64,000 nt of DNA, taken from NCBI GenBank assembly GCA_026396615.1, contig JAPLWK010000008.1:9096-73095 (forward strand), given 5' to 3'. A model generated the notes under the pieces. It was not told where the DNA came from, did not search any database, and saw only the letters and a program-made list of their open reading frames with translations. This DNA comes from a candidate division WWE3 bacterium. GTDB lineage: Bacteria > Patescibacteriota > WWE3 > JAPLWK01. Shown here piece after piece: positions 9,555-19,772 of this stretch. Numbering within the stretch: the stretch's first letter is position 1; every line of letters starts with the position of its first letter. A program made the position numbers and the translations under genes.

Positions 9555-10925
9555 ATGATTTTAGATAAGCGTGTCTCGATCGTTATTCCGTGCCGTAATG
9601 AAGAGGGCAGTATCGCCCGTATTGTGGGCTCCGCTCTAAAGTACGGCGATGAAGTAATCGTCGTTAGTAACTGCTCTACCGATAACACTGTTGCGATCGC
9701 TACAGCGGCCGGAGCCAAGGTTTTAGTGGATGACCGGACTCTGAATGGTATCGGTTATGGGTTTGCTTTAATGACTGGTATCGCCGCTGCGACTGGCGAC
9801 CTGGTTGCCACTATTGACGGTGACGGTAGTTGCCCAGTAGCTCAGGTTCCAGAGGTCATTAAGTACCTGCAAGATAAACGGCTTGATTTCGTTAACTGTA
9901 CCCGCTTTCCGGTTAAGAATCTCTCGGAAATGCCTCTAATCCGGCAAATCGGGGTTCATGTTTTAAACATTGTCCCGGGAATTCTGTTTGGAAAATTATC
10001 AGCGGATATCTTAAGTGGGATGTGGGTTTTTAAGAAAAGCATCACTGGAAGCCTTAATCTCCGTGAAGGGGATTGGAATCTGTCACCGGAAATTAAGATT
10101 AGCGCCATGACTAACCCAGATATTAAGTACGGAGAGTTTCGAATCAATACTAAAGCGCGGATCGCTGGAAATAGTAAGCAAATTATTTGGAAAACTGGTA
10201 TTACGCACTTAATGTATATCGTAAACAGGCGTTGGAAGGAGGTGAACATCGCCACAAGTATCGCTGTGGCAAAAATTATGAACCAAAAAATTACAAGTTC
10301 AAAGGTGGCAAAAGTTGCAGGTTTAGCTATGGGAATCTTAGTTTTGGCCTTTCTCGCCAACAAGAGTGCCTTTGCAGCTGACTACGGTGGTGGTGTCACT
10401 GGGGCGACTGGGGCTGCTATTAACAAGCAAGTTCTAAATTCCGTCAATGGGAATTGGCAGGACAACGTTGCGGCCTCTGATCATACGTTTGTGACCGGAG
10501 ACTTAGTTAAGTACCGGATATTTTACCGAAATAACGGTAATCAGGACCTAACTAGTGTTAGCATTGTTGACCGGCTTCCCACCGGAATGGTTTGGCAGAG
10601 TGGTGACGGTAACTACGAAAAAGGTGACAATACTGTGACCTTTGACGTTGGAACTTTAAAGGCCGACACCGGTTGGAAAGAAGTCGATTACACGGCCGAA
10701 ATGACTCAAGTAATCACTAAAACGTCCTGTGGTGATCTTACCAACATCGCTATTTTCAAGTCTGGAAGTAACGAGTTGGATCGGGATAGCGCTAGCATTA
10801 ACGCTCGTTGCACCGTGACCACCCCGCGCCTTCCTGAGACAGGTCCTGAGGTAACCTTCGCTATGACTGTGATCAGCTTAGCTTTAGGGGCGGTTGGGGT
10901 AAGTCTGAAGAAGAAATCTGCTTAA
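9555..10925 (+). CDS. GT2 glycosyltransferase fused to a signal/TM-DUF11-like-LPETG surface module
   Basis: VSIVIPCRNEE, TIDGDG, GDLVKYRIFYRNNG...VDRLP, then LPETG, TM and KKK. Confidence 0.85.
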   Translation: MILDKRVSIVIPCRNEEGSIARIVGSALKYGDEVIVVSNCSTDNTVAIATAAGAKVLVDDRTLNGIGYGFALMTGIAAATGDLVATIDGDGSCPVAQVPEVIKYLQDKRLDFVNCTRFPVKNLSEMPLIRQIGVHVLNIVPGILFGKLSADILSGMWVFKKSITGSLNLREGDWNLSPEIKISAMTNPDIKYGEFRINTKARIAGNSKQIIWKTGITHLMYIVNRRWKEVNIATSIAVAKIMNQKITSSKVAKVAGLAMGILVLAFLANKSAFAADYGGGVTGATGAAINKQVLNSVNGNWQDNVAASDHTFVTGDLVKYRIFYRNNGNQDLTSVSIVDRLPTGMVWQSGDGNYEKGDNTVTFDVGTLKADTGWKEVDYTAEMTQVITKTSCGDLTNIAIFKSGSNELDRDSASINARCTVTTPRLPETGPEVTFAMTVISLALGAVGVSLKKKSA

Positions 10926-11011
10926 GATTGAGATCATAAGCCAGAACTGAAAGCAGTCGCCAAACGCGGCTGCTTTTTGTTTTTAGGCGTTTTTAGACTA
11001 GAATAAGATAG

Positions 11012-11758
11012 ATGAAAAAAGACTTGCTCTATTTAGCTCTTCTTAGCATAACGTGCCTCCTAGGACTCGGAGTGGTGCTTAAAAGCCCCTATATCGTCCC
11101 TAAGATCTCTGTTGGACCTTTCTTTGCGGCCTCCTTCCCCTACGACATTTCGCTGTACACGACCGGAATTAAACCGGCTTACTATAAAATTTCACCGTAT
11201 GACGACTTTGTGCTCTTTAAAACTGGAGGGACAGTTCTCCGAAAAGTCATTTCCGGCCCCACCGACATTCGAAATGAGGAATTTATTAAGCAGTCATCCG
11301 GTCTTTACCGGACTTGGGAATTAGTTTCCTCAAAACTCGGGCTCCCCCTTCCAATTATTTATCAGAAATCGCTTGGGGACTACCAGGTTAATTATCGTCT
11401 AGTTCTAAATAGCTCGCTAGAAGAAATTACTATTCACAAAGTTATTAGCGGTTTTTCGGAGCCGGTGTACGGCTTTGGAAATACGTTAATATTTAATAAA
11501 GATGATCGAATTTCTGTGGGAGCTAATTTACAGAATCTTTCTGATATTTCAGCTAGCGCTTCGGGAAAAATGATTCTCTCTAGCCCTGGCTACATTATGA
11601 TTAAGAACCCTCGGGAGCGAGGTTCTATAGGAATACCCGTTTCGCCATTTGATAAAGTAACAATCGACTTTGATTATAAACTACTCGAGGTTACTAGAGC
11701 CTTTCCTGAGCCTCAAAAGGGTGTAGACATTACCTGGGATTTAGATATTTATGATTAA
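11012..11758 (+). CDS. Hypothetical membrane-anchored protein
   Basis: Long ORF with N-terminal TM, overlapping the next gene. Confidence 0.7.
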   Translation: MKKDLLYLALLSITCLLGLGVVLKSPYIVPKISVGPFFAASFPYDISLYTTGIKPAYYKISPYDDFVLFKTGGTVLRKVISGPTDIRNEEFIKQSSGLYRTWELVSSKLGLPLPIIYQKSLGDYQVNYRLVLNSSLEEITIHKVISGFSEPVYGFGNTLIFNKDDRISVGANLQNLSDISASASGKMILSSPGYIMIKNPRERGSIGIPVSPFDKVTIDFDYKLLEVTRAFPEPQKGVDITWDLDIYD

Positions 11759-13586
11759 TTTAGTGCAAAACTTTTTAGCCGCCGTTGGCTTCTTCATGTT
11801 TCCGTTTTTAATCGGAAATGTTTTGACTTTGCCATTCTATAAGTTTCGGCGCAACTGGCTCTTAACAACCAAGTGGGTCGTTGGCGCCTTGTTCATTTTT
11901 AGCTTTTTCTTCGTTTACCAAGCGATCACTAAAGTTACAGGATACGACGCGCTAACGTTTCAAATGGCGACGCGAGTAATCGCCGCCGTCGCTTTAATCT
12001 GCAGTCTATGGCAAATCATAAAATTTAGACCACAGATTCGTAACCTTAATCGCCGTCATTTGGGAATTTTAGTACCAGTGATCATCGGCGTGTCATTGTT
12101 AGCACTATTTATCTGGAGAAGTGACAGCCCCTACCCTAGTACTCTTACCTGGGACTTTTTAGAGCACCAAACGTTGATTAATCATGTCATCAATAATCAA
12201 ATTAACTTCCTAACTTCTAAAATGTCAGCGGCGTTTTTAACTAATAGTTATCCGCCCACTTTCCACGCTTTAGTCGCCTTTACGGAGCTGGTATTTGACG
12301 TGACGGCACCCCAAAGCCAAGGACTATGGTGGATACTGGAGTTTTTGCAAGTCGTCTTAGTAGTAACGACGAGCGCTGCAGTTGCCTACAAATTTACGAA
12401 GCGCTTAAGTATTTCAGTGATAACGGCCATAATCAGCGGCTTAGTCTTTCAAAGTTCTATGAGTTATTTACCCTTCGTGCTCATTCCTCAAACTTTCGCA
12501 GCGGTCCTTGGCATCTACGTTCTAGCCGAACTGTATCACTATTTAACCGAGCCCCACCGAAAAGAGTTGCTGTGGTCACTGCTTCTGCTACTTATGATGA
12601 CTATTCTGATCCACTATGTAATTGGGGCCTTGTCTCTTGTCATCGCCATAAATATGTGGCTAATTTGGCGATGGCAAAGATTTGGGAAGTTTTTGCTGAT
12701 AATTGAGTTGATCACGGGAATCGCTGTTGTCGCTGTTAGTCAAAACCTGGTTAGCTTAAACATTCTGAAGAGTGTTGAAAGCTTTTCGTATCAATACTCA
12801 CTAATTCAAAAATTGACTTTGCTAACCCAGTGGTACGGCTACAGCTTGCCGGTTTTTGGTCTAATTGGACTCTATCTGATAATAAAAAGAACGCACGGGA
12901 TCTTAATCCTAGCCGCTCTCTTACCTTTGATAGTACTAATACTGGCTAACGTGCCATATTCTTTAAAGTTTTTCGCAGTTGGTGGCTTTTTGGTAAATTT
13001 AGTTTTGGCCTCCGGAATTTCGTTTTTTATTGACAGGCTTAAAAAAACTTATTTAAAAATCGCAGCCTTGGCAATTATTATTGTTAGCTTTTTAGTCCTT
13101 CTGATAATAAACGGCTGGGTTTATAAAGATGTTCTTTGGTACCACGGCACCGCTACCCAAATTTCTCCAACCGAAAATGAAGCTGCCGCTTTCTTAAATA
13201 AAAATGTCTGTAATAAAGAAACTATGACAGTCCTCAGCGACCCGGCCACCATGGGAATCCTCGAAGCCTTATCGACTTGCCCCTCGCCTGGCGGCGTTTT
13301 TGCCAGTGACCAAGTCCGGCAGTCATTAATAAGTCTAAACGCCGAATCCACTTGGTCAGCCCAACCAAAAACTTTACTGGCTTTAAGTGGTCGTTTCTTT
13401 AAATGGCGGGCCCTGCCTCGTGATCAAGCGGTTGACGTGACTGTCAACATTTGGGGGCCGACTGATCTAACCGACAACGACAAAGCGTTTATTGAAAAAT
13501 TTAGTACCAATAACCCGCTTCTTTCTGAAATTTTTAGAAACGGCAGTATGGTTATCTTTGCTTCAGCAGCAGCTCGTAAAAACTAG
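11751..13586 (+). CDS. Multi-pass membrane protein, GT-C-like
   Basis: About 13 TM segments, WDFLEH and YPPTFH loop motifs, C-terminal VLSDP domain, glycosylation gene context. Confidence 0.65.
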   Translation: MINLVQNFLAAVGFFMFPFLIGNVLTLPFYKFRRNWLLTTKWVVGALFIFSFFFVYQAITKVTGYDALTFQMATRVIAAVALICSLWQIIKFRPQIRNLNRRHLGILVPVIIGVSLLALFIWRSDSPYPSTLTWDFLEHQTLINHVINNQINFLTSKMSAAFLTNSYPPTFHALVAFTELVFDVTAPQSQGLWWILEFLQVVLVVTTSAAVAYKFTKRLSISVITAIISGLVFQSSMSYLPFVLIPQTFAAVLGIYVLAELYHYLTEPHRKELLWSLLLLLMMTILIHYVIGALSLVIAINMWLIWRWQRFGKFLLIIELITGIAVVAVSQNLVSLNILKSVESFSYQYSLIQKLTLLTQWYGYSLPVFGLIGLYLIIKRTHGILILAALLPLIVLILANVPYSLKFFAVGGFLVNLVLASGISFFIDRLKKTYLKIAALAIIIVSFLVLLIINGWVYKDVLWYHGTATQISPTENEAAAFLNKNVCNKETMTVLSDPATMGILEALSTCPSPGGVFASDQVRQSLISLNAESTWSAQPKTLLALSGRFFKWRALPRDQAVDVTVNIWGPTDLTDNDKAFIEKFSTNNPLLSEIFRNGSMVIFASAAARKN

Positions 13587-14718
13587 TCGCCGACTTTTCC
13601 CAATCATAGTTAGACTGGACATGAAGTCGTAAATTTCGACCGAATTCGGTCCGCTTAGCAGGATGGGCCAAGAACCAGTTGACAGCCTGATCAAGGTCCG
13701 TTTGGCTACCGGGGGTCACCAGAAGGCCACTGTAGCCGTCCACAATGATCGCAGGGATCGCCCCCACGCGAGAGGCAATAACAGCCAGTCCCGCCGCTCC
13801 GGCCTCCAATACAGTGGTAGGTAGGGTATCGCGCCACGAGGGATTCACAAAAATATCACTAATAGCAAACAGCTGCTTAACTTGAGCGTAATTAAGGTCA
13901 CCAGTTAAAAAAACATGATCACCCATGCCATCGACCTTAATCTTTGCCTGTAATGAAGACTCTAAATCACCACTACCCGCTAAAATAAAATAGACATTCT
14001 TCTGGCTTAGTAAGACCTCTTTGGCTGTTTCGTACACATTTAGTACCCCCTTAAGCCAGGTTAGCCGCCCCAGGAAAGTAATCACAGTGGCCCCAGCCGG
14101 CAGTGTAATTTCTATTTTGGGAATGACCCGCGCCCCCATCCCCAAAGCAGCACTAAAGCTGGCGGCGTCAACACTGTTAGGAATTTCGGCCACTACCTTA
14201 ACCCCCAGGCTCTCCACAAAGGCTTTGTTAACCGCACTTATGGCCACCACACTATCGTAGTGACGTAAACTCCAAGCCCCAATAGTCCTTGCGATCAGCT
14301 TTGACGCTATTGTTACTAACTTTGAGGCGTGCGGGGTGAAGCCAGAGGCGTGCTCAAAGTGCAGGCTTTTAGCCTTGATGAGACGGGCATAAGCCCAAGC
14401 CCACCAAGCGTAATCAAAAAAGAAGACCGAGGAAATTACAAAATCGAAATGAAGCTGGGAAAATTTTAATAAGGCGGGAATTAAGAAGAAAGGATTGGCA
14501 ATCACGAATTGGCCGGGAATAAGTTGGATACACGGGATACGGGTGATATGGAGACCACGATAAATTTCAGAGGGTGCGGCGTGGTCGGTGTTATAGGTGA
14601 GGACGTGAACCTCGGTGTCTGAGTGACTGGCGACAGTACGGGCTAGCAGTTCTTCCAGGTAACGTTCGCTACCGCCGCGATGGGGGTAAAAGAAGGCGTG
14701 AATGGCCAGGATTCGCAT
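13552..14718 (-). CDS. GT4 glycosyltransferase
   Basis: GGSERY, FLGRL..KG and DIFVNPS..DTLPTTVLEA motifs. Confidence 0.93.
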   Translation of the reverse strand: MRILAIHAFFYPHRGGSERYLEELLARTVASHSDTEVHVLTYNTDHAAPSEIYRGLHITRIPCIQLIPGQFVIANPFFLIPALLKFSQLHFDFVISSVFFFDYAWWAWAYARLIKAKSLHFEHASGFTPHASKLVTIASKLIARTIGAWSLRHYDSVVAISAVNKAFVESLGVKVVAEIPNSVDAASFSAALGMGARVIPKIEITLPAGATVITFLGRLTWLKGVLNVYETAKEVLLSQKNVYFILAGSGDLESSLQAKIKVDGMGDHVFLTGDLNYAQVKQLFAISDIFVNPSWRDTLPTTVLEAGAAGLAVIASRVGAIPAIIVDGYSGLLVTPGSQTDLDQAVNWFLAHPAKRTEFGRNLRLHVQSNYDWEKSATSFYELLLKQR

Positions 14719-14861
14719 GCCTCAATCGTAGCTTAAGAAACGAAAAAGGGCCAGACGAGCTTTGTTTTGTTAAACATTGCTTATCTGGCCCTTGCTAACT
14801 ATTTGATCACGACGAAAAGTGGCCTCATTTGCGCTTTCTTTTCGTCATGATCCTAGATTAT

Positions 14862-15995
14862 CTAACCTTTGCCGGCGAAGTCGAGGTACTTGGGTTGGAC
14901 CCAGTCCTTATCCTGCGCACTCCAACCGACCACTCCAATCTCAACGTCAACGAAACTGGAGTTGTTGAGGTCAAAGCGCAAAATCACCGGCGGCTCGTTG
15001 CAGATCCCATTGTCTTTTGTGGGAGTGCAATGAATGCCAACGCCGTGATTCCCAATTGAAAGATCGGTATCGACGCCCTGTACCTTATCACTTGCGTAAA
15101 GTACCGTCATCTTTACCAATCCCGGACCGCCACCACCGACCCAAGCCACCAATCCCGGTGAATCTTTGGCCGTGTACGACTTCCGATGCGCCTCGTAACC
15201 GGCTGTGTCGCCACGCAACGTCAGCGTGAATACGCCTGTGCCCGAGAAGCGGATCAGTCCGCAATTGGGGGCCAGAACAGTCACGCTGCCCGACTTTGTA
15301 GATTGGAAATCAGTACTCCAAGTACAAGACGGGTCCTGACGCTTATCTGGCCGATTGATGATGTACCACTTCAACCCCGCGGTATCTGTGTACACCACCA
15401 TATCGTACTGACCACTGAAAACGCCATTGTCGACCATCTCGTTCGTCCACGTCGAGTATGACAACGAGTACGGCCCGGCTGCCACAGCTGTCACCGCTGA
15501 TGCGGGTGTCGGCGCAGGCGCTGGCTTTTCTGCCGCAACCGCTGCCGCAATCGTCACCGCCAAATTGGCAATGCCCGCATTTTTAGCCGAGTCCACGACG
15601 TATGCACTAACGTTGAACGTACCAGCGGTGCTGTAGTGGTGAGACAACGACATCGAACCGGAAACAACCGAACGTACCTCTTTCGAACCATCACCGTAAT
15701 CTAATGTCACGGTAAGGGGGCCAGTACCGGTGGACCGCATGTTAACTTGCACGGTACCAACGGGGACCGTGGCTGACATGTCGAATTCCAACGATACTGT
15801 AGGGGCCGCAGGTGCCGGTACCGCCGCTGCTGGCTTGAACACGCCAGGGAACGTCTGCGAAACAAACGTGCCGACGTTACTCGCCAACTCTGGACCATTC
15901 TTTGCGATAGACATTCCAGCTCCTGTAAAGAACAGGCATGCCAAGATTATCGCGACCACGAACAACAGAACTTTCACTGGATCATATCGATTCAT
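14862..15995 (-). CDS. Membrane-anchored PKD-domain surface protein
   Basis: N-terminal TM, LDYGDGS...SHHYSTAGTFNVSAYVVD PKD motif and Pro/Ala linkers. Confidence 0.8.
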   Translation of the reverse strand: MNRYDPVKVLLFVVAIILACLFFTGAGMSIAKNGPELASNVGTFVSQTFPGVFKPAAAVPAPAAPTVSLEFDMSATVPVGTVQVNMRSTGTGPLTVTLDYGDGSKEVRSVVSGSMSLSHHYSTAGTFNVSAYVVDSAKNAGIANLAVTIAAAVAAEKPAPAPTPASAVTAVAAGPYSLSYSTWTNEMVDNGVFSGQYDMVVYTDTAGLKWYIINRPDKRQDPSCTWSTDFQSTKSGSVTVLAPNCGLIRFSGTGVFTLTLRGDTAGYEAHRKSYTAKDSPGLVAWVGGGGPGLVKMTVLYASDKVQGVDTDLSIGNHGVGIHCTPTKDNGICNEPPVILRFDLNNSSFVDVEIGVVGWSAQDKDWVQPKYLDFAGKG

Positions 15996-16045
15996 TTTCT
16001 CGTCTCCTATTGAACTTATATTTGTCTATTTGTAACCGTGACGCT

Positions 16046-16074
16046 ATTATAACAGAAAAAGCCCTTATTGTCAA
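16046..16074 (-). promoter_or_regulatory. Consensus sigma70 promoter of the PKD gene, overlapping the upstream operon's terminator hairpin (16059-16113)
   Basis: Minus strand TTGACA-17 bp-TATAAT. Hairpin AAGCCCTTATTGTCA/TGACAATAAGGGCTT. Confidence 0.7.
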
Positions 16075-16125
16075 ACTACGGGTTACGTAGATTTATATGA
16101 CAATAAGGGCTTGGGAGGCACTAGT

Positions 16126-17418
16126 TCAGCATGTCATTAAATTTGCAGCGCTGATTCCACTGTATTTACCAAGCGTCTCCAAAGCTGCCAGTTCATTTGC
16201 CGAAAGCGTTGGCGGTACTGACTCAACTTTAGTTTCTGTTAAGTTTGCTTCGATTGTTTGAGCAATAACAGCTTCAGGTACATAAATCTCGGGGTCGCTC
16301 TCTTCGACCGTAACTGCTGTTGCTGCAACTACTGGTTCTTCAACGACAGGCATTGGGACTAAAAAAAAGATTGATCCGTCATCTTCGGGGTCGTAGCTTT
16401 TATCACCACGCGCACCTTCAAACCAACTTACATCATCTTTAAATCCCCTTACTACAGCATCAGCCGGCCGCTGTAAAACCTCTAGTAACGACAGTTTGCC
16501 AATCGTCTGAGGCGGTACACGAAAACCATCGCAGGTCATCGCAAGCACTCCAATCGGTCGCATATCCGCTTCCAGAGTTTTTACCAAATTCTTCGAGTCA
16601 TAACCAAGTAATTTTCCCTGAAACGATACATCTTGATCATTACCTCGAAGTCCAATAACCTGTGCTTCACCTTTAGTACTCGGAATCGCCAGTGAACCCA
16701 GATCACTCGTAGCGCCTAAGCATAAACAGCTAAGCTGCATTTCACCGGGCTTTCGAGTCGACATCCGTGCTGTTAACATCTGGCCAGTCGTTCCCCCCAA
16801 AACATTAATGTAATCGGGATTACGATCAACATGCGTCAGCACAAAATCAGCCACCAACGTTTCGTCCATCCACACTAGTCGCGGCGCATTTCGAGCAAGT
16901 ACTTCCGCATACTGTGGGCTACCAGCTGCTCCAATAAGAACCTTCTTACTCTTGCGCTGGATAATTTTTACTCCTTGCGGTTCGTGGCCTTCAGGCAACC
17001 AGATATTGGAATTGCCGTCAGCAATGATCCCGCCAAATGTAATATCGCCAGAAGCGGTGTCTTCCATAACAATCGCCGCTTGGCAATCACCAGGTATATG
17101 ATGTTTACCGACTGCGGGGCGGTAAATCTGAACCACGCGAAACGGCTGTGGTTTTGTAGCATAATCGTATACTGCTACCCAAGCCACACCGCCTGCTAGA
17201 TCTTCCCGAGCTACCGGCCGCTTAAATGAACTAAAGCCGTAACTGGGAACAGTCTTATGCAACTGAAGGGCCGAAATCCCAGCCTCACCAACGTCGAAGT
17301 TAGTGGTGACAGTAAAATCAGGTACCTTCAATATCGATCCATTTCCACGTAATAGCGAGCTGGGAACTTGAATAGTAGTTAATTTACCAGCTTGCTCTTT
17401 CGAACTTTTATCTGCCAT
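16126..17418 (-). CDS. Divergent PP2C/PPM-like phosphatase with N- and C-terminal extensions
   Basis: GDC, GIIADG, MTCDGF and EDDGSIF metal-binding motifs in PPM order. Confidence 0.65.
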   Translation of the reverse strand: MADKSSKEQAGKLTTIQVPSSLLRGNGSILKVPDFTVTTNFDVGEAGISALQLHKTVPSYGFSSFKRPVAREDLAGGVAWVAVYDYATKPQPFRVVQIYRPAVGKHHIPGDCQAAIVMEDTASGDITFGGIIADGNSNIWLPEGHEPQGVKIIQRKSKKVLIGAAGSPQYAEVLARNAPRLVWMDETLVADFVLTHVDRNPDYINVLGGTTGQMLTARMSTRKPGEMQLSCLCLGATSDLGSLAIPSTKGEAQVIGLRGNDQDVSFQGKLLGYDSKNLVKTLEADMRPIGVLAMTCDGFRVPPQTIGKLSLLEVLQRPADAVVRGFKDDVSWFEGARGDKSYDPEDDGSIFFLVPMPVVEEPVVAATAVTVEESDPEIYVPEAVIAQTIEANLTETKVESVPPTLSANELAALETLGKYSGISAANLMTC

Positions 17419-17427
17419 TTCTAACTC

Positions 17428-18639
17428 CTACTTGTGAACAGCCTTCAGTGCTCTAGCCGTTAGCCGAGACTGACGCTCACTAATCTTTTCCGAGGCAGCA
17501 CGCTTAGAAGCCTCAAAGGTTGCCATTGCTCCACCCATCACGGCATCCGTAACGATCGTATCAAAGGCTTTAAGATCTAACCAGGGATGTCCGGTTAATT
17601 CACCCTTAGCGTACTCCTCACGAAAATTGCGTAAACGCCCCTCCAAAAGAGTCTCCTCATTAGGAAGGTAATCTACTGTAGCAAAATCCTGACGAGCGCC
17701 TTTGATAATGCTGGAGCCAGAGTCCAGAAGAACAATTTCCCCACTAGACGTAAGTCCGATATTTTCGGGCTTTAAGTCAGCGAAGCAAATGTCTAAAGAA
17801 CCAAGCACTTTAAGCATTGTTTTAACATTCTGCAACTTAGTAATTGGGCAGTGCTGACTAACGTAGTAAGCAATACCACGTAGAATTGTTGCTTGATCTT
17901 CTACTCCTCGGTAGCGGTTCATGTGATCTTCGTAACCTTTAAGCAGCAACTTTTGCAAACTGTTGGGAACAAAGTCCATAACCAAAAACATCCGACCGAT
18001 AAAGTCGCTCAACGGTCCCGAAACCTTGTCGTCAATGATCCCAAAGAACGGGATCTTTGGAAAAACTCGGCACGGAAAGCCAAGTACTGGCCAGCGATTC
18101 GCCACATAACCAACTAAAGTGTTGATATACGAAGCGAGGCCACCTTGGTAATCATTTGGGAGAGTAAGCAACCTACTACCTTGCAATTCCTCCGGAATTG
18201 GCAACCCCCTCTCTTCAAAGGAGTGCCGAACGAGTGTTGTGAACCCACTAAGATTAATTTTACGAAAATCGACATAGGAGCGTTGTAAGCTCTCCAGTTG
18301 ATAATCGCTACCAATCCCCATGTTTTCCAACTGCTCCTGTGCTGTATTGAGTAGCTCCAGTAATGCGTTCCGACCGTAGATCTTGTTGGCCCAACGAGCG
18401 TTAGTGGCCACGATCATTGCCGGTGTAGTTAACGCAAAGAGCTGCTCCTCAAAACTTCCTGTAGGCTTTGGTTGGTGAAAAATCTTAACTGCCACGTCTT
18501 TCCAACCGTTCGGAGAGTTGCAAGAGGAAGCAAAAACCTCACCCTCACCACCAATCCCCAAACGATGCCAACTGCTGAAATTAGGAAGTTTATCAAGTAA
18601 CTCAACCCGTAAACCCAGTTTACGATTTGGATATAGCAT
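17428..18639 (-). CDS. Hanks-type Ser/Thr protein kinase with a large insert
   Basis: GIGGEGEV, VAVK, LVMDF, FADLKPENI, LLDSG and TVDYLP subdomains. Confidence 0.85.
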   Translation of the reverse strand: MLYPNRKLGLRVELLDKLPNFSSWHRLGIGGEGEVFASSCNSPNGWKDVAVKIFHQPKPTGSFEEQLFALTTPAMIVATNARWANKIYGRNALLELLNTAQEQLENMGIGSDYQLESLQRSYVDFRKINLSGFTTLVRHSFEERGLPIPEELQGSRLLTLPNDYQGGLASYINTLVGYVANRWPVLGFPCRVFPKIPFFGIIDDKVSGPLSDFIGRMFLVMDFVPNSLQKLLLKGYEDHMNRYRGVEDQATILRGIAYYVSQHCPITKLQNVKTMLKVLGSLDICFADLKPENIGLTSSGEIVLLDSGSSIIKGARQDFATVDYLPNEETLLEGRLRNFREEYAKGELTGHPWLDLKAFDTIVTDAVMGGAMATFEASKRAASEKISERQSRLTARALKAVHK

Positions 18640-18731
18640 CTATCCTCCTAAAAACAAACAAGGCCAATGGAGAGAGAATTAAATTCTTCTTCATTGGCCT
18701 TAACGTGACTAAGCGATGGGTTTTTAAACCT

Positions 18732-19304
18732 TTAGGCTTCGTCACTCGGTTCGATCACAACGTTCGCAGGCGCGACGACAGGTGCCAAAGCGGGCGCCGT
18801 GGTGGTCGTGGTCGTGGTGGTTGCGGCTGGGGCGATAGGAGCAGCGGGTGCCGGTGCTGGTGCACGTCCACTCATTGCTGCTGCCACCATGCCCATCATT
18901 TGCTGCATCATCAGCTGATTCTGAGCGGCTTGTGCTGCCAAAATCGCCTGGATGTCAACCGATGGTCCGGCTGCCGGGGCTTGCGCTTGCAATCCTGCGA
19001 GTTCAACGCGCATCTGAGCAATGAGCTCGGCGTTGTTCTTCTGCATTTCTGCCTTGTGAGCGTCGTCCAAAGCCTGCACCGGATCGATGTACTTGCTCAA
19101 CATCAACCGTAGTTTGCCCTGATCATCAGCGCCCAAACGAACTTTGGTCGAGGTGAAAATGGCGTTAACTGCTGACTCTTGTGCGGCGGTGAGCAAAACA
19201 CTTACCGCTTTCTGTGCGTCGATGTTAGCTCCAGGCTTAATGCCTGCGTCACGGAGTGCACGCTGAGTAGCCGAAGTATTCTTCTTCAAAAAATCTAATG
19301 CCAT
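18732..19304 (-). CDS. Hypothetical protein, helical N-terminus and Gln/Met/Ala/Pro/Thr-rich tail
   Basis: AGGAGG RBS, first gene of the kinase operon, run of 8 Thr. Confidence 0.8.
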   Translation of the reverse strand: MALDFLKKNTSATQRALRDAGIKPGANIDAQKAVSVLLTAAQESAVNAIFTSTKVRLGADDQGKLRLMLSKYIDPVQALDDAHKAEMQKNNAELIAQMRVELAGLQAQAPAAGPSVDIQAILAAQAAQNQLMMQQMMGMVAAAMSGRAPAPAPAAPIAPAATTTTTTTTAPALAPVVAPANVVIEPSDEA

Positions 19305-19481
19305 GATAGAAACCTCCTAGGTTTTTCTGACTGAATTAACTAACAGGTTGCTAGTGCTCCTGTATCCCAATTTAACTCTTAATCGTTATTGATTTTAAGA
19401 ACTAAATCGGGATAAGGAGAAGACTATCGATTTTTGAAGTTTATTTGCCTATTTGCTCGAGACGGTGTCTCAATGGCAAAC

Positions 19482-19510
19482 ACTATAACATAGTATCTAT
19501 ATTTTGTCAA
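19482..19510 (-). promoter_or_regulatory. Proximal sigma70 promoter of kinase operon
   Basis: TTGACA-17 bp-TATAGT on minus strand. Confidence 0.7.
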
Positions 19511-19743
19511 CTATTGTTTCTCTCAATAAACTTTCCTCAATTTTCAAAGTACCACCAGTAAGCACTAAGGCACTCTGCCAAAGACTTAAAGTGTTACCAA
19601 CTAATTTCTGCTAACTACAAGTTAGAAGATATTAAACGGTAAAAACGTTATATTAATTATTTGAGAGTTTATTTAATCGTTAAGCTGGTAGGGGACTTAA
19701 GCTAAAAGAAGTTAACTCTCTCAGCTCCATTTCAACTGGAAGC

Positions 19744-19772
19744 ACTATAGCATAAGTCATCTATTTTGTCAA
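19744..19772 (-). promoter_or_regulatory. Distal sigma70 promoter of kinase operon
   Basis: TTGACA-17 bp-TATAGT on minus strand, flanks similar to the proximal promoter. Confidence 0.7.

Noticed and set aside
18627-19112. 161-aa Gly/Arg/Cys/His-rich ORF
   Set aside because: It is an antisense shadow of the low-complexity gene 18732-19304, which has the RBS.
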